Shown here piece after piece: positions 10,316 through 21,200 of a DNA stretch of 64,000 nt (position 1 is the first letter of the stretch; every line of letters begins with the position of its first letter). The stretch is from NCBI GenBank assembly GCA_976226885.1, contig OZ320314.1, forward strand, positions 63,240,001 through 63,304,000. The letters run 5' to 3'. The notes under the pieces are model-generated. The model had not been told where the DNA came from. It worked only from the letters and a program-made list of their open reading frames with translations, and made no database searches. The position numbers and the translations under genes were made by a program. The stretch comes from Iphione sp. A-MEVVRFRX5 (taxonomy: Eukaryota).

Positions 10316-11077
10316 TGTAACACAACTCAAGACGACACAGGTTTCCAAGTTGGTTGATCTTTATTGCGGCAGGTAGACGTTACAAGGTGGCAGATCAAAG
10401 CTCTCCGAAAAGCGGTGAGGGGATCAAGACATTATATACTGATAGCTCACGCCCCTATGTCAAAGGCTAGCACCCTCCCGGTCATAGTTCGTAACCCAAG
10501 CACAAAGGTTGTGACATATCGTAACCTTAGGTCATAGGTCTCCGGACCTCTGACCTGTTCACGTGCTCTTGGGTCAGGACAGGTCAAAAACTACATTAAC
10601 CCTCCGTCCCACCCTAGCACCCTTCGATGATGGATGTGAAAACTGTCAGCACCCACCCTGGAAGTGCCTCGAAATCTCCATTCCGACACAATGTTTGTTT
10701 AGACTAACCTGTCACCTGAACATGCTTTATGAGTGTCTACTGGCGTGTGGGATGTCGATTCCCAGACTATCGATGGCGCCATGTCAGCGACATGATACAC
10801 TTGTTGTCTGTGAATCGAGGATCCACGTTAAAAGACTTATATCTATACACTGTACAATAGAACTCTCTTTCTTTCGCTTTACCATTTCATTGAATACACA
10901 ACGCGTTCTATTAATTGTTTTAGTAAAACTCAAAGTCCATAATATAATATCCGTGACCCGGACGTCCGAACACCCGAATGTCCATTTGGTCTGAATAACC
11001 GAATGTCCGTCACATGATACGCGACATCCGAACGTCCGAATGCCTGAACGTCCGCAACGTAACACTACTGTGTTACA
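10316..11077 (-). mobile_element. Probable solo LTR inserted in the LINE 3' UTR
   Basis: Ends TGTAACAC...GTGTTACA; 4-bp TSD TACA (10312-10315, 11078-11081); minus-strand TATATAA (about 10433-10439) upstream of AATAAA (about 10360-10365); short CCGAAYGT repeats at about 10950-11055. Confidence 0.62.
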
Positions 11078-11368
11078 TACATGTAATGTGCTTGTTTTGC
11101 TGAACGTACATAGGTTTTATTGCTGTTGTAATGTTATTAACTGCTTTTAAAAATTAATTTTGCTTGCTTATAGGACAGTTGTCAGTAGGGCACCGCCCTA
11201 TTTAGTGAATATTGTTTTGCAGGGTAGCACCCTGTATATGCTATTGTTTCTTACTAAAATAATTTCAGGGGAAACTCCCCGTTGACTTTTTACGCTATAT
11301 CCCGTTATGCAAGGGAATCTCCCTGCTTTGGTTTTATACTGAGATCTAAGGTATGAGGTGATCAGCTT

Positions 11369-14143
11369 TCACAGCACATTGTCGTTTTCTTTGGCACAAC
11401 ATTCTATGTAACTCCTTAGTTGGGGTGTTTGTGTATCAATACTTAGCCACGTTGTCCACAGCTTGTGAAATCTATACTGAAAAGAGTCACGAAACCTCTC
11501 TTTATGTGGTCTGACATTGATCATTACTTTACATCTTCTCTCTTCCCGGGTTCTTACCATCTCCGTACCTTCTTGTCGCAGTAGTGGTAATATCCTAGTA
11601 CCTATCATTATCACAGCAGATTGTATCATGGCCAGTACTTCTTGTTCAACTGCTTTTCTGTCTATCTCCGCATTCATCGCTGTAGAGTACAGCCTGCGTC
11701 TGAGTGTAATATATCTTGAAAAGATTGATGAGTTAACACAGTTTATCAGTGGTAGGCCATAGTCTACGGTGGGCATTATCATCACCTTCACAAGGCGCAT
11801 TGATAATCGTCTGTTTATGTATTTCCTAATTTTTGTGAAGTGATTTAGCCGCATGTATCCTTTGCCAACTTGTACAGCTAGATGTTCTTTGAATGTTAAG
11901 CTGCCATCCAATATCACTCCTAGGTAATTAAATGTGTGTACTATTGACAGTTCCTTCTTGTCATAGAGTAAGTGTATATCTCCACCAGTTCCTTTGTATC
12001 CAAATTTCATAATCTTCGTCTTCTGCACATTTACCTTAATGCGGTTGTTGCATGACCACGTCTCAAGCGAACTTAGGCCAGTTTGCAGCATTGATTCTGC
12101 GTTGGTCCAGCTTCTACCATGTGCTATTAGCACAGCATCATCTGCATACAGCAGAACCTCACACCTGTCGATTGCAGTTTTCAGATCGTTTATGTAGATC
12201 AGGAATAACAGGGGTCCTAAGATGGACCCCTGTGGAACGCCGCAATCTATGGGTGCCTTGCTGGAAAATACTCCATTTACCTGCGTTATTTGAGTCTGAT
12301 TGGTCAGATAGTCTTTTATCCACTTGTGGTACTCATTCAGGTTTAGGTCTGACAACTTTTGGAGTAGGATTTCGTGACTCACACTATCAAATGCCTTTTG
12401 AAAGTCCACAAAGGCGCAGATTACCTTGTGGTTAGCATTTAGATAGGCATGTACTACTTGGCTAAACTTGGCGATGGCTTGTTCAGTGCCCTTGGCCTGT
12501 CGAAAACCGTATTGTGCATCACTCAGGAGTGAATTGGACTCTAAGTAGTTATAGATTCGTGTATGCACAATTCGTTCAAGGGTCTTATCTACTACGTTAA
12601 GGATGCTTATAGGTCGATAGTTGCATGGATCGTTTGCATCTCCTTTCTTGAATATTGGGGTTACCATTGCATTCTTAAAGTCATTGGGTATACGTCCAGT
12701 CTGTAAGGACAAGTTGAACAAATGGAGGAATAGCTTGTGGTTTTTTATAATGAATTGTTTCAAATCAGAGGCTGGTAGTATACTGAGTCCGCTCGCCTTC
12801 GTAGATTTCATATTGTTTGTAGCCTTCAACAATTCCGTTTTGGATACCGGGATTAGGTTCAGACTGGACATGTTTACAATAGGGACATGAGTATATTTTC
12901 CGTTCATATCACAGAGTATGCGTTGACCCACACCTACAAAGTACGTATTAATTTTTTCAGCCATCGCTACGCTTGTCAATGGGGCACTGCTTTCATCCTT
13001 CATAACAATATGTGACATTGGTTTGTTATAACCTAGGTGTTGTTTGATACTTCGCCAGAAGCAGGTTGGGTTTGATTCATTTACATTTATTTCATCATTG
13101 ATGTATTTGGCCTTAGCATTTTTTAGACTCTTTCGAGTAGCGTTCATGCTCATTCTGTATTGTAGCTTGGTTTCTGGGGTGTTCATCCTTAGGTGTGTCT
13201 TTTTCAGCCTGTTTCTTTCCTTGATTAATACATAATGTTCTTCTTTCATCCAAGGGGTTTTATGGCTCGGGCACCGCCCGGTTTTTAGCGGGCAAAAATT
13301 CTCAACCTTCGTGATAATATAGTCTTTGACCCTCGTCCAAATTTCATCTACGTCTTGGCAGTTCAATAAATCATCAAATGCAAAATTGGTTGTGTTAGCC
13401 ATGAACTTGCCATCTCTTAGATTTTTCTTGGATCTGTATTGTTGTCTCGTTTTTATGTTTGGTTTTCTTATCGACAGATTGATTTTCAAGGCTCGATGGT
13501 CACTAGATTCACCGGGGAGATAGCGAATGTTTAATTGTGGTTTGTCAAAGTTACTTATAATTAAGTCGATTATAGATTTGCTTTCAGAGCCTATTCTAGT
13601 CACCTGAGTAACATGCTGTTGTAGTAAGTTTTCAAGAATTAATTCTTTTAACTTACGAGTTGGACTAGTTTTTGAATTACCCCAATTTATGTTGAAGTCT
13701 CCTGCTAGTAGTAATTTGATTGGTTTCTTTGCTTGGTTTATTGTACTCAAATCTTGACGTAATTCATCTAGGCATGCATCAATATTTCCATCTGGGGGCC
13801 GGTAGATATTACAAATCATCATCTTTCCATGGGGCATGTTTAGCTCAAGCCATTGTTTCTCAATGTTGCTGGTGCTGCTGCACATCTTTTCCAGATACTG
13901 AGTTGCCTTTGCAAGTTTATTTGACTCATAAATTATAAGACCTCCGCCACATTTGTGTATTCTATCGAGACGATGCATTGTATACCCATTTATGGATATA
14001 AGGCCATCATTGATGCCCGTACTCAGCCAAGTTTCACTAAATAAGTATAGATCGGCAGTATGTGATGACATTAATATTGACACTTCTTCCCAATTTTTTA
14101 GGAGACTACGTACATTTTGATTAATAACTGTTAGCTGTGCCAT
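11369..14143 (-). CDS. LINE ORF2: AP endonuclease + reverse transcriptase (924 aa, open)
   Basis: APE motifs NVRSL, SETWL, YRPP, GDFN, IIDL, SDH; RT motifs YRPISIL, QYGFR, DFQKAFDSV, GVPQGSILGP, YADD, YLGV. Confidence 0.95.
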   Translation of the reverse strand: MAQLTVINQNVRSLLKNWEEVSILMSSHTADLYLFSETWLSTGINDGLISINGYTMHRLDRIHKCGGGLIIYESNKLAKATQYLEKMCSSTSNIEKQWLELNMPHGKMMICNIYRPPDGNIDACLDELRQDLSTINQAKKPIKLLLAGDFNINWGNSKTSPTRKLKELILENLLQQHVTQVTRIGSESKSIIDLIISNFDKPQLNIRYLPGESSDHRALKINLSIRKPNIKTRQQYRSKKNLRDGKFMANTTNFAFDDLLNCQDVDEIWTRVKDYIITKVENFCPLKTGRCPSHKTPWMKEEHYVLIKERNRLKKTHLRMNTPETKLQYRMSMNATRKSLKNAKAKYINDEINVNESNPTCFWRSIKQHLGYNKPMSHIVMKDESSAPLTSVAMAEKINTYFVGVGQRILCDMNGKYTHVPIVNMSSLNLIPVSKTELLKATNNMKSTKASGLSILPASDLKQFIIKNHKLFLHLFNLSLQTGRIPNDFKNAMVTPIFKKGDANDPCNYRPISILNVVDKTLERIVHTRIYNYLESNSLLSDAQYGFRQAKGTEQAIAKFSQVVHAYLNANHKVICAFVDFQKAFDSVSHEILLQKLSDLNLNEYHKWIKDYLTNQTQITQVNGVFSSKAPIDCGVPQGSILGPLLFLIYINDLKTAIDRCEVLLYADDAVLIAHGRSWTNAESMLQTGLSSLETWSCNNRIKVNVQKTKIMKFGYKGTGGDIHLLYDKKELSIVHTFNYLGVILDGSLTFKEHLAVQVGKGYMRLNHFTKIRKYINRRLSMRLVKVMIMPTVDYGLPLINCVNSSIFSRYITLRRRLYSTAMNAEIDRKAVEQEVLAMIQSAVIMIGTRILPLLRQEGTEMVRTREERRCKVMINVRPHKERFRDSFQYRFHKLWTTWLSIDTQTPQLRSYIECCAKENDNVL

Positions 14144-14547
14144 GATGTTCTATGTCACATATTTCGACCGGGTTTGTATGTGATATCATCAGATGTGCTA
14201 TCGTAATGATTTGATTGAAAATGATGGTGATGAAAATGATAACAGTGTAGATATGATGATCCGATATTTTGTCGATAGATGGATGAAATCAAAGATGGTT
14301 CAAACGAAAGATAAGATATATGGCGTGCCCTCCCGGAAAACCTGTTTTTGACAGTTAAGCAAAAAGTTTGCAAATATTCCAGTATATTCAAGGACAAAGT
14401 GAAATATACTTCATGGCTAGTACAATGCATATCATGACATCAAGTATTAGTCAATGTACAGACGCGGTAACAGTTTTAAGCAGCAACAGAGCGTGTTAGT
14501 CAAAGAGTTCTTTTCTGACAATTTATCAAGGTCACTGAATGAGTTAC

Positions 14548-15315
14548 TTATCTGTGTCTTGCAATGTAGTCAGCAAATATCAGTTGTTCTTGGTTGTAGA
14601 GGCGTACTAGAGCGTACTCCAGATGGGATACAGCTACCGGGACCCATTGTCTTCGCAAATGGCAGCCGTCTCGTAACCTGGCATATCGGTGCCGCCATCT
14701 ACCATTATGGCGACTATGTACAGTCCACATTGTCCAAGGTATTGGCAGTCTATGCATGAGGTTGAAAGATACAATCCACCGGTTCACAGCAACAACTAGG
14801 CGATTTAGAATTACTTGTATGCGTCGTGCATTTCCACCGCGATTCATGTACCCATTCATTCTGTAGTTACTGGTACTGTAGTCAACTCCGCAGATGGTCG
14901 AAATGAATACATATCTACCAGGAAACCTCACGGTTAACCTGTCGTATGCCTGGCGGTAGTCATGCGTTATTTCATTTATTGCTGTCTCAATATCATGGTA
15001 TCTTGGTAATACGAACCGCGTATTGACTCCATTTCTGCTGGCACGAAATAGCTCCGTCAGGTTGTTTCCTCCCACCCAGAGGATGATGGCCCATGGTATA
15101 TAAGGTATATACACATTTTCGAACCGCTCCACTACGTCTAGGATTCGAGCTCCTGGGTAGTAGTATACCCTCACCAACCAGTTATGATTTTCGAAAAACT
15201 CCTCTGTGCCCCGTCCATGACTGCTAGATAAGAGCAAGACTCGTCTCAGTTCCCTGGGCGGCATATTCGTTTGGTGTCGTATACACGTGTAATGTCGCGC
15301 ATGTCTCAGTAGCAT
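14548..15315 (-). CDS. SGNH/GDSL esterase-like protein encoded as a separate middle ORF of the LINE
   Basis: Block I LLLSSSHG, block II YPGARI, block III LWVGGNNL, block V DGCHL; Arg-rich C-terminal half. Confidence 0.72.
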   Translation of the reverse strand: MLLRHARHYTCIRHQTNMPPRELRRVLLLSSSHGRGTEEFFENHNWLVRVYYYPGARILDVVERFENVYIPYIPWAIILWVGGNNLTELFRASRNGVNTRFVLPRYHDIETAINEITHDYRQAYDRLTVRFPGRYVFISTICGVDYSTSNYRMNGYMNRGGNARRIQVILNRLVVAVNRWIVSFNLMHRLPIPWTMWTVHSRHNGRWRHRYARLRDGCHLRRQWVPVAVSHLEYALVRLYNQEQLIFADYIARHR

Positions 15316-15413
15316 GTCATGTGACGCTCTGTGGTCACCCAGTGCATGTCTATAAATAGCGTCTCACGCTATGCTGTTTCCATGTTTGGATCCTCGTCCT
15401 CACATAGTTCCCC

Positions 15414-16760
15414 TCAAATTTCTTCTAGGATCTTGCCCATTATATTTTTACCCAAGAAGGTTCCATCCGCGAGCGATTTTGAATTCATGTCCACGCCTGC
15501 TCCCCAAAAAGGGTGTTTATTAGCCTCAATGATCAGATCAGTGCCAGTACCTAGCAGTTCCAGTTTCAGGTCAATATTTTGGGCAAATTTGTGGGTTAGA
15601 ATGTCTTTCATTATGGTGCACCTCTCATCCTTCCATACCTGGCTGCTTGATATACGCTTCCTAAGTTTCTGCAACTTCTCGATGTCGTTCGTCGCTTCAA
15701 TTAAGGCAGCATCATCCTTTTTACCATGCTTAGTAGCTTTGGCCCAGGTGTATGCTTGTTCAGCAGAAATGCATCTTGTTTCACACCAGTCTAGACTGCT
15801 GGTTGTTAGGTTTGAGAAAGGCGCTCCTATACCAGAGAACATCACCTTCCCTTCTTTTGCTACTTGTCTGACTTTTGCTAGATTGTATTCCTCAGGTAGA
15901 GCATGCAGAGCATGGTGATGGTACCATTTTCCGTCAATTTCGATTTTATCATCTCGTAGACGGACCTTCTTCGAGGGTGCCAATTCTTTTACCCTCTTAG
16001 CAATGGCATTTAATTCCTGTCTAGTTTTACGTTCCTGTGGAGATTCATCGTTATTCAGCCAGATTTCTCGACCCTTTAGCTTTGATCTAGCTAATAACAC
16101 CTTCTCCTTGGCTTGCATACGTGCAAAACGGATAAACATTCCGCGTTTACTGTCTTTGTTTTTCCTGGCTGTTCTATATGCATAGTCTATATCATACTCA
16201 TGTATGTCAACCTCCATTGAGGCAAATAGGCCTATACACATCGCCACTGGCGATTCTCCAGGAATCTCATCAAGCCCATCAATATACATATTGTACCTCT
16301 TGTTTAAGACTTGTAGGTTTTGGGCAGATGTTGTGAGCTTATTAACATCGTGTGTGCATTTAATCGGCGCTAATTTATTTTTGTTTTCAGCTCGCAGTTT
16401 ATCGTTTTCAATTTTGAGGTTAGCAACCTCTTTTTTCAGGTCCGCTATCTCCTTGGTGTGACTTTTAACGGTCTCTACCGTTTTCTGTAGAGTATCATTG
16501 ATAGACTTTACCTCAGCTTGAATGCCTTTAGAAATGTTTAATTGTTCATTCGAGCTCTTCTTAATCTCTGCAAGTGATGTTTGCATAGTAACCTGTGTGT
16601 CGCCAGTTTCACCGTCAGCGGCATTGTCACTACCTCCCCTGGGCCTCTTTCTAGACTCAGATCTTCTGCGCTCCGTCCCCTTCACAATATTTATATCCCG
16701 GCGCGATCTATCGGACGGTTCTGCATCTGACATGTTTATAGAGGTTATAGTAAGGAACAT
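15414..16760 (-). CDS. LINE ORF1: basic N-terminus, coiled coil, L1-type RRM/CTD, fused C-terminal NADAR (YbiA-like) domain
   Basis: NMYIDGLDE, IDYAYR, FIRF, IWLNNDES (L1-type ORF1); FSNL, SAEQAY..AKA, W...R..IM...L..KF.QN..L...LL.TG, IEAN..PFWGAG, GKNIMGKIL (NADAR); first ATGs at 16760 and 16733. Confidence 0.85.
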   Translation of the reverse strand: MFLTITSINMSDAEPSDRSRRDINIVKGTERRRSESRKRPRGGSDNAADGETGDTQVTMQTSLAEIKKSSNEQLNISKGIQAEVKSINDTLQKTVETVKSHTKEIADLKKEVANLKIENDKLRAENKNKLAPIKCTHDVNKLTTSAQNLQVLNKRYNMYIDGLDEIPGESPVAMCIGLFASMEVDIHEYDIDYAYRTARKNKDSKRGMFIRFARMQAKEKVLLARSKLKGREIWLNNDESPQERKTRQELNAIAKRVKELAPSKKVRLRDDKIEIDGKWYHHHALHALPEEYNLAKVRQVAKEGKVMFSGIGAPFSNLTTSSLDWCETRCISAEQAYTWAKATKHGKKDDAALIEATNDIEKLQKLRKRISSSQVWKDERCTIMKDILTHKFAQNIDLKLELLGTGTDLIIEANKHPFWGAGVDMNSKSLADGTFLGKNIMGKILEEI

Positions 16761-18543
16761 ACTTACTTTTGTTGGGGGTAGTCTCCTTGTCAGTCTCTTA
16801 GATTGTTTGGCGACGGAAAAGTCAGGTAACAAGCAGGTAGCGGTAGGCCGGTTCACTGTATGCACCTGCTATTTTTAGAGTTTTAATACTTGATCCGGTG
16901 GTTCCGGTAGTTAGTCATGATCTTCTCTCATTATCGCCAACAAGCGAGCATTTTCCAGTTAATTTTCGTTGGTAGCACCATAGTTGTGTGTAATTTTGGT
17001 TTCAGGTAGGTCCACAGTACCTTATATACTGATATTACATGTAATTGCCATGCCAAATGTACACGATTTGTCAAAAAAGGTGTTATTCCAGGAGCGGGGC
17101 GGTTTTTGTGTGACTCACCTTGCCGCCATATTGCCAATCACCCATGGCACCATTGATGAAAATAGAAATAACAAGACTGAACACATAAGCTTCACCTCGT
17201 TTGTTTTTTTTCTAGGGACAGCACTGTTATGGAAAGTATTCACATAAGTGACAGGTACATGAAAGTCAAAATAGCTGAGACAATGAATACCCCGTCCAAA
17301 TTCATCCTAAAATTTGCAAAACTCGTCCTAATATCGGCAAAACGGCCAAATTTGTCCCCAACTCAGCAAAACTCTGCCAAATTCGTCCGAAAATTGGCAA
17401 AACTCTGCGAAACTCATCCGAAAATTGGCAAGACTCAGGTGACAGGTTGAAAATCAATATTAAAATATACAGAAAACAACCCTAAGATGAGTGGTCAGAT
17501 GCTGGAAAAGGCCGGAAATCGCTTGGTCGGTAATCGATAATCTATCATATAGATTATGTATTGAAAGAATTTCCATTCCTTAGTCAAATGGTCGGAATGG
17601 CCGGTTTGGTCGGTAATGGCATATGTCGGGAATCAAGATTCCACTGTATTTGGTTTAGTCATCACCATTTCCTGTCTGATTGTAGAATTTTACAAGAAAT
17701 GGAAACCGCCTGGGCTGATCGTAGGAAAAACCTTTTCTCTTGACATCAAACCATTATAATTTATCAGATACACTTGAATAACTACAGTTAAGCTTGGCTA
17801 AACAAATCCCACTTTCAAGCAAAGCCTATCAATGCAATCCACATTTTATCATTGTCAAATGAACCTGTGTCTTATGTCATTAGTAGAGGAAAAGGGAAAC
17901 TTCTTTCTGTTTGTCTAGGGAAACCTGTTCTCCGTATGTTTCTGAGATACCATTTCTTTTGATATCAAACCACCATAACAGACGATACTTTGGGATAATT
18001 GCAGTCAACATTTGTTAGTTACTCTTGGATGTACACATACCAAAGTTACCAAAGGCCATCAACGTTATGCAAAAAATACAGTCTGCATATTAACATGTCG
18101 TCAATATTCAATAGCACAGGTCAGCAGAACAACTACTACAGTCAAAATTACGTAAGTGTTTCAAATATTAACTCATATATTGGGGGTCTGGGTTTCAAGA
18201 AGTGGTTCCATCATAGGCAGACTAATTATAATTTTGTGCTTTATGTTTCTATTGCAAAGAATTACAACCAACTCTGTCTGATCATTTAGTTGTGACAGTT
18301 AGCATTTCTTATAGAAACTCGCAAAAACGTGATATCATGAACCTTATCATCCTATCTTAACATCTTGATACTGGATGTATAAAAAAACTTTAGTACTGCT
18401 TCTATCATCATATCAACAAGCAACAACCAAAGCTTACAATCTCAGCTTTTCAATGCCACCTTTATTTAATCTCTACAGTGAGGCTTTCTTACCGAAACAA
18501 ACAAAACCACTGCAGCATGATTTGCCACATTACAATGTATACA

Positions 18544-18765
18544 CAGGGGGGGTCACCTATTCTGGTGAAGCGTTATTGCCTATTTTAATTCAGCACGAAA
18601 CGTTATTGGCCCCTCTAAATAAGCGCTAAGCGTTATGAAGTATTTACTGGTGAAGCGTTATCAAAGAATTAATTGTTGGTGAAGTGTTATTTGATCTAGT
18701 TTTCAGCGTTATGGATGTTTTGAATTCTTGGTGAACCGCTATTGGGTACCCCCTGACCCCCCCTG
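18544..18765. mobile_element. hAT-like MITE
   Basis: TIR CAGGGGGGGTCA / TGACCCCCCCTG; 8-bp flanks TGTATACA / TGTATACT; internal repeats of GAAGCGTTA. Confidence 0.65.
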
Positions 18766-20639
18766 TGTATACTCAGTCAGCCTGATTATGTGTGTATATA
18801 ATAAATTTTAGCTAAGCTCCTAATCATCATATCAACATTCAAGAACCGCCAAAAGAAAGCCTACAACATCAGCTTTTCCAATGGTGTATATTTGACCAAA
18901 TATTGCCTATAGAAATCGGCAAAAACGGTGAATCACAATTCGTCAAACTAGTATGTGTAGAAATAACCCCAATTATCACTCACAGGGAGAGTAAATCGAT
19001 GGAGCTAAACTGCTATAAACATTCTTAATAAATTCCATCATAAATCAAGATTGCTATGTGACACAATATGTAAGAGGTGGTCATATATCTTACCAGAAAT
19101 AAAGTCTGTAGGTAGAGCAAACAGGTGAAAAGGGATGATAGTTCCCAAAGGGGGTCAGTTCCACTGCCATCTTGATTGAATCCCCACAAAGTTGGCGATT
19201 TGGTGAGAAAGGAAGCGTGGGTAGGTGTGTAAGGGATGCCCTGCCTAATTTCATGCACATTTGGCCAAAAAACAGCCAATTTCATGGGGTTATATCCATC
19301 CATGTGTGGAAATGAGTGGACATGTGTGGATATTCTAACAGTCGCCTCGGCCACTTCCGGTTGTATTTTTTACATACAGGAGGTGCAAATTAACAACCTG
19401 TCAAAACCTTAGTAACAAAAAAAGATGGAATTGTCTTGCCTAAATAGACATGCTGCTATGCTTTTCTGTATATCTAAGTTATATCCCAAGAGCAATTATT
19501 GTAATAGCAGGGTTTATTTATGTTTTGTCAGAGGTTTTACAAAGTGAGTGATAATAAGGTAGTTTGCTATATTTAAGCTTGCCTAAAAAAACTCATCCGT
19601 ACTACATTAAATTTTATTTTTACATACTAATGCAACTATGTATTTATAATTAGCATATGCTTCTAAAATTCTGTGAAGTAACAAAATTTTTGACTATATA
19701 TTTAATGAATTGTGGCCTTTGAAACTAAACTGCTATGTATTGTTGTTAAGGGTTGTTTGCACTCCCAAAATGGTTGCCAGGTGTGCACAGTGGTGCCCTC
19801 TATAAAATTTGTAACCAGTGCGACTGTCTCAATGGTAGCACACGTGTACAAATGAATAAAAGTGAGGAAATAAGAAGAAATACACCTGATTCAAAGAGTA
19901 ATAAGTAAAATATGAATCATGCAAAGCTCTCATGATGTTTCCGTGAGCTAACTGTGACCTCTTCCCTGTGCCCAAAAACATGTGATGTATCTGTGAGCTG
20001 TGATATGATACATGTGGGCTCACACCTGTGAGTTCCTTGTGATCTAACTGTGACATCTATGTTAGCTCATGTCTTGACTGGGTAATGGAACACTGTACAG
20101 CATACACACATAACCCGTCAAGTTTCGTGAAATGTCTTCCTAGCTACAGTAATGGAAACATAATAGTTACAAAAAGTACTGACTCCATAACGTACCAATA
20201 AAAATTTATCAAATGCTCAGATATAAGGGGATGGCTGACCTTTCCCCCTGCATCTACTTTAGGCCCCCCTAAGAAATATAATGAAGCTAATATCACATGA
20301 AAGCTTATGACGTAAGGAACGAAGTGGTGTATTATTTTGCACGAGTCTAGCTATATTCATGCTCTCGATATTGCAGAATAATTATTTTCAAAAAGTTCTA
20401 ACAGGGGAAAAATTAGGGGCAGTCGGGTTACCAGAAACACACATACATGTATTCTTTTAAGAGTCTTAGGTATATGTACGTTTTTATCACTTGATCAGAC
20501 GAACAAGTCAATCTTATTTACTTGCAAATCATCGTTGTCACCTTGTCGATATGCATCTATAAGTTCCCCATCAAAAAAAGAGAATAAGAGGACATGAAGA
20601 TGGTTAGAGCGAAGAAGAGTTCCTGGTGGGGTCTGACAG

Positions 20640-21155
20640 TTAAAGACAGTACTTAATCATGTAGGTTGATGTCTGCTCTCGCTGACATAGCGCGCACATA
20701 TTCGTAATGTAATGTTTCTCGACTTGGCCATCGGCATACTCCTGGATCAGTAGGTTCAGAGCAGACTGATCATATCGGTGGCAATCATGATAGGTATTAT
20801 ACCTGTCTTTTGTAAAAACGCACAAAGCGGTGCTGCCATATGGCGCAATGCAGTCAGTTATCATGGCACATCTCACCCACCAATTCAGCACATTTTTAAC
20901 TAGCGAGCGGGTGTTCATAATTGCAATAAAATTAGCACCTAGCATTCCTGTTCTCCGGACCCTCGAATCATCCATTGGCAAGTATGCGTACTGGTTTGGA
21001 TGCGTAGTTGCAAAAGCAGAGTGGCCAACACTCTCCAACGTTATGATGGCGGACCGTCCAACCATCTCCGCTAACTGCTGCAGCAGCTTTGGACAAGTGG
21101 CTCGGATGGATGAGTCAAAGTAGAAAACTGGCTGTTTGTATAACAAGAGAACTTC
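20640..21155 (-). CDS. Host DUF1647-family gene, last coding exon (4 of 4)
   Basis: Acceptor CAG at 21158-21156; VFYFDSSIR, THP, WWVRCA...CIAP.GS, HRYDQSALNLL; phase 0 with the previous exon. Confidence 0.85.
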   Translation of the reverse strand, partial: EVLLLYKQPVFYFDSSIRATCPKLLQQLAEMVGRSAIITLESVGHSAFATTHPNQYAYLPMDDSRVRRTGMLGANFIAIMNTRSLVKNVLNWWVRCAMITDCIAPYGSTALCVFTKDRYNTYHDCHRYDQSALNLLIQEYADGQVEKHYITNMCALCQREQTSTYMIKYCL

Positions 21156-21200
21156 CTGTTGGGAGAAGAAAATATTTTCCACAATTAAATTATTAGATTA

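Larger units (their letters stand above)
10148..17140 (-). mobile_element. Three-ORF non-LTR retrotransposon (CR1/L2 group): ORF1-NADAR, SGNH esterase ORF, APE-RT ORF2
   Basis: Three co-oriented ORFs; probable 3' end is AATAAA (10169-10174, minus) followed by A16 (10148-10163); 5' end approximate (YY1-like CAATATGGCGGC near 17123-17134); no TSD found. Confidence 0.75.

Noticed and set aside
15414-15848. NADAR as a bacterial contaminant or stand-alone gene
   Set aside because: It is fused in frame to an L1-type ORF1 in continuous eukaryotic repeat context.
10120-17460. Target-site duplication for the three-ORF LINE
   Set aside because: The sequence beyond the poly(A) (…GTTGGCATCCCA) was not found near the presumed 5' end, so the LINE boundaries remain approximate.
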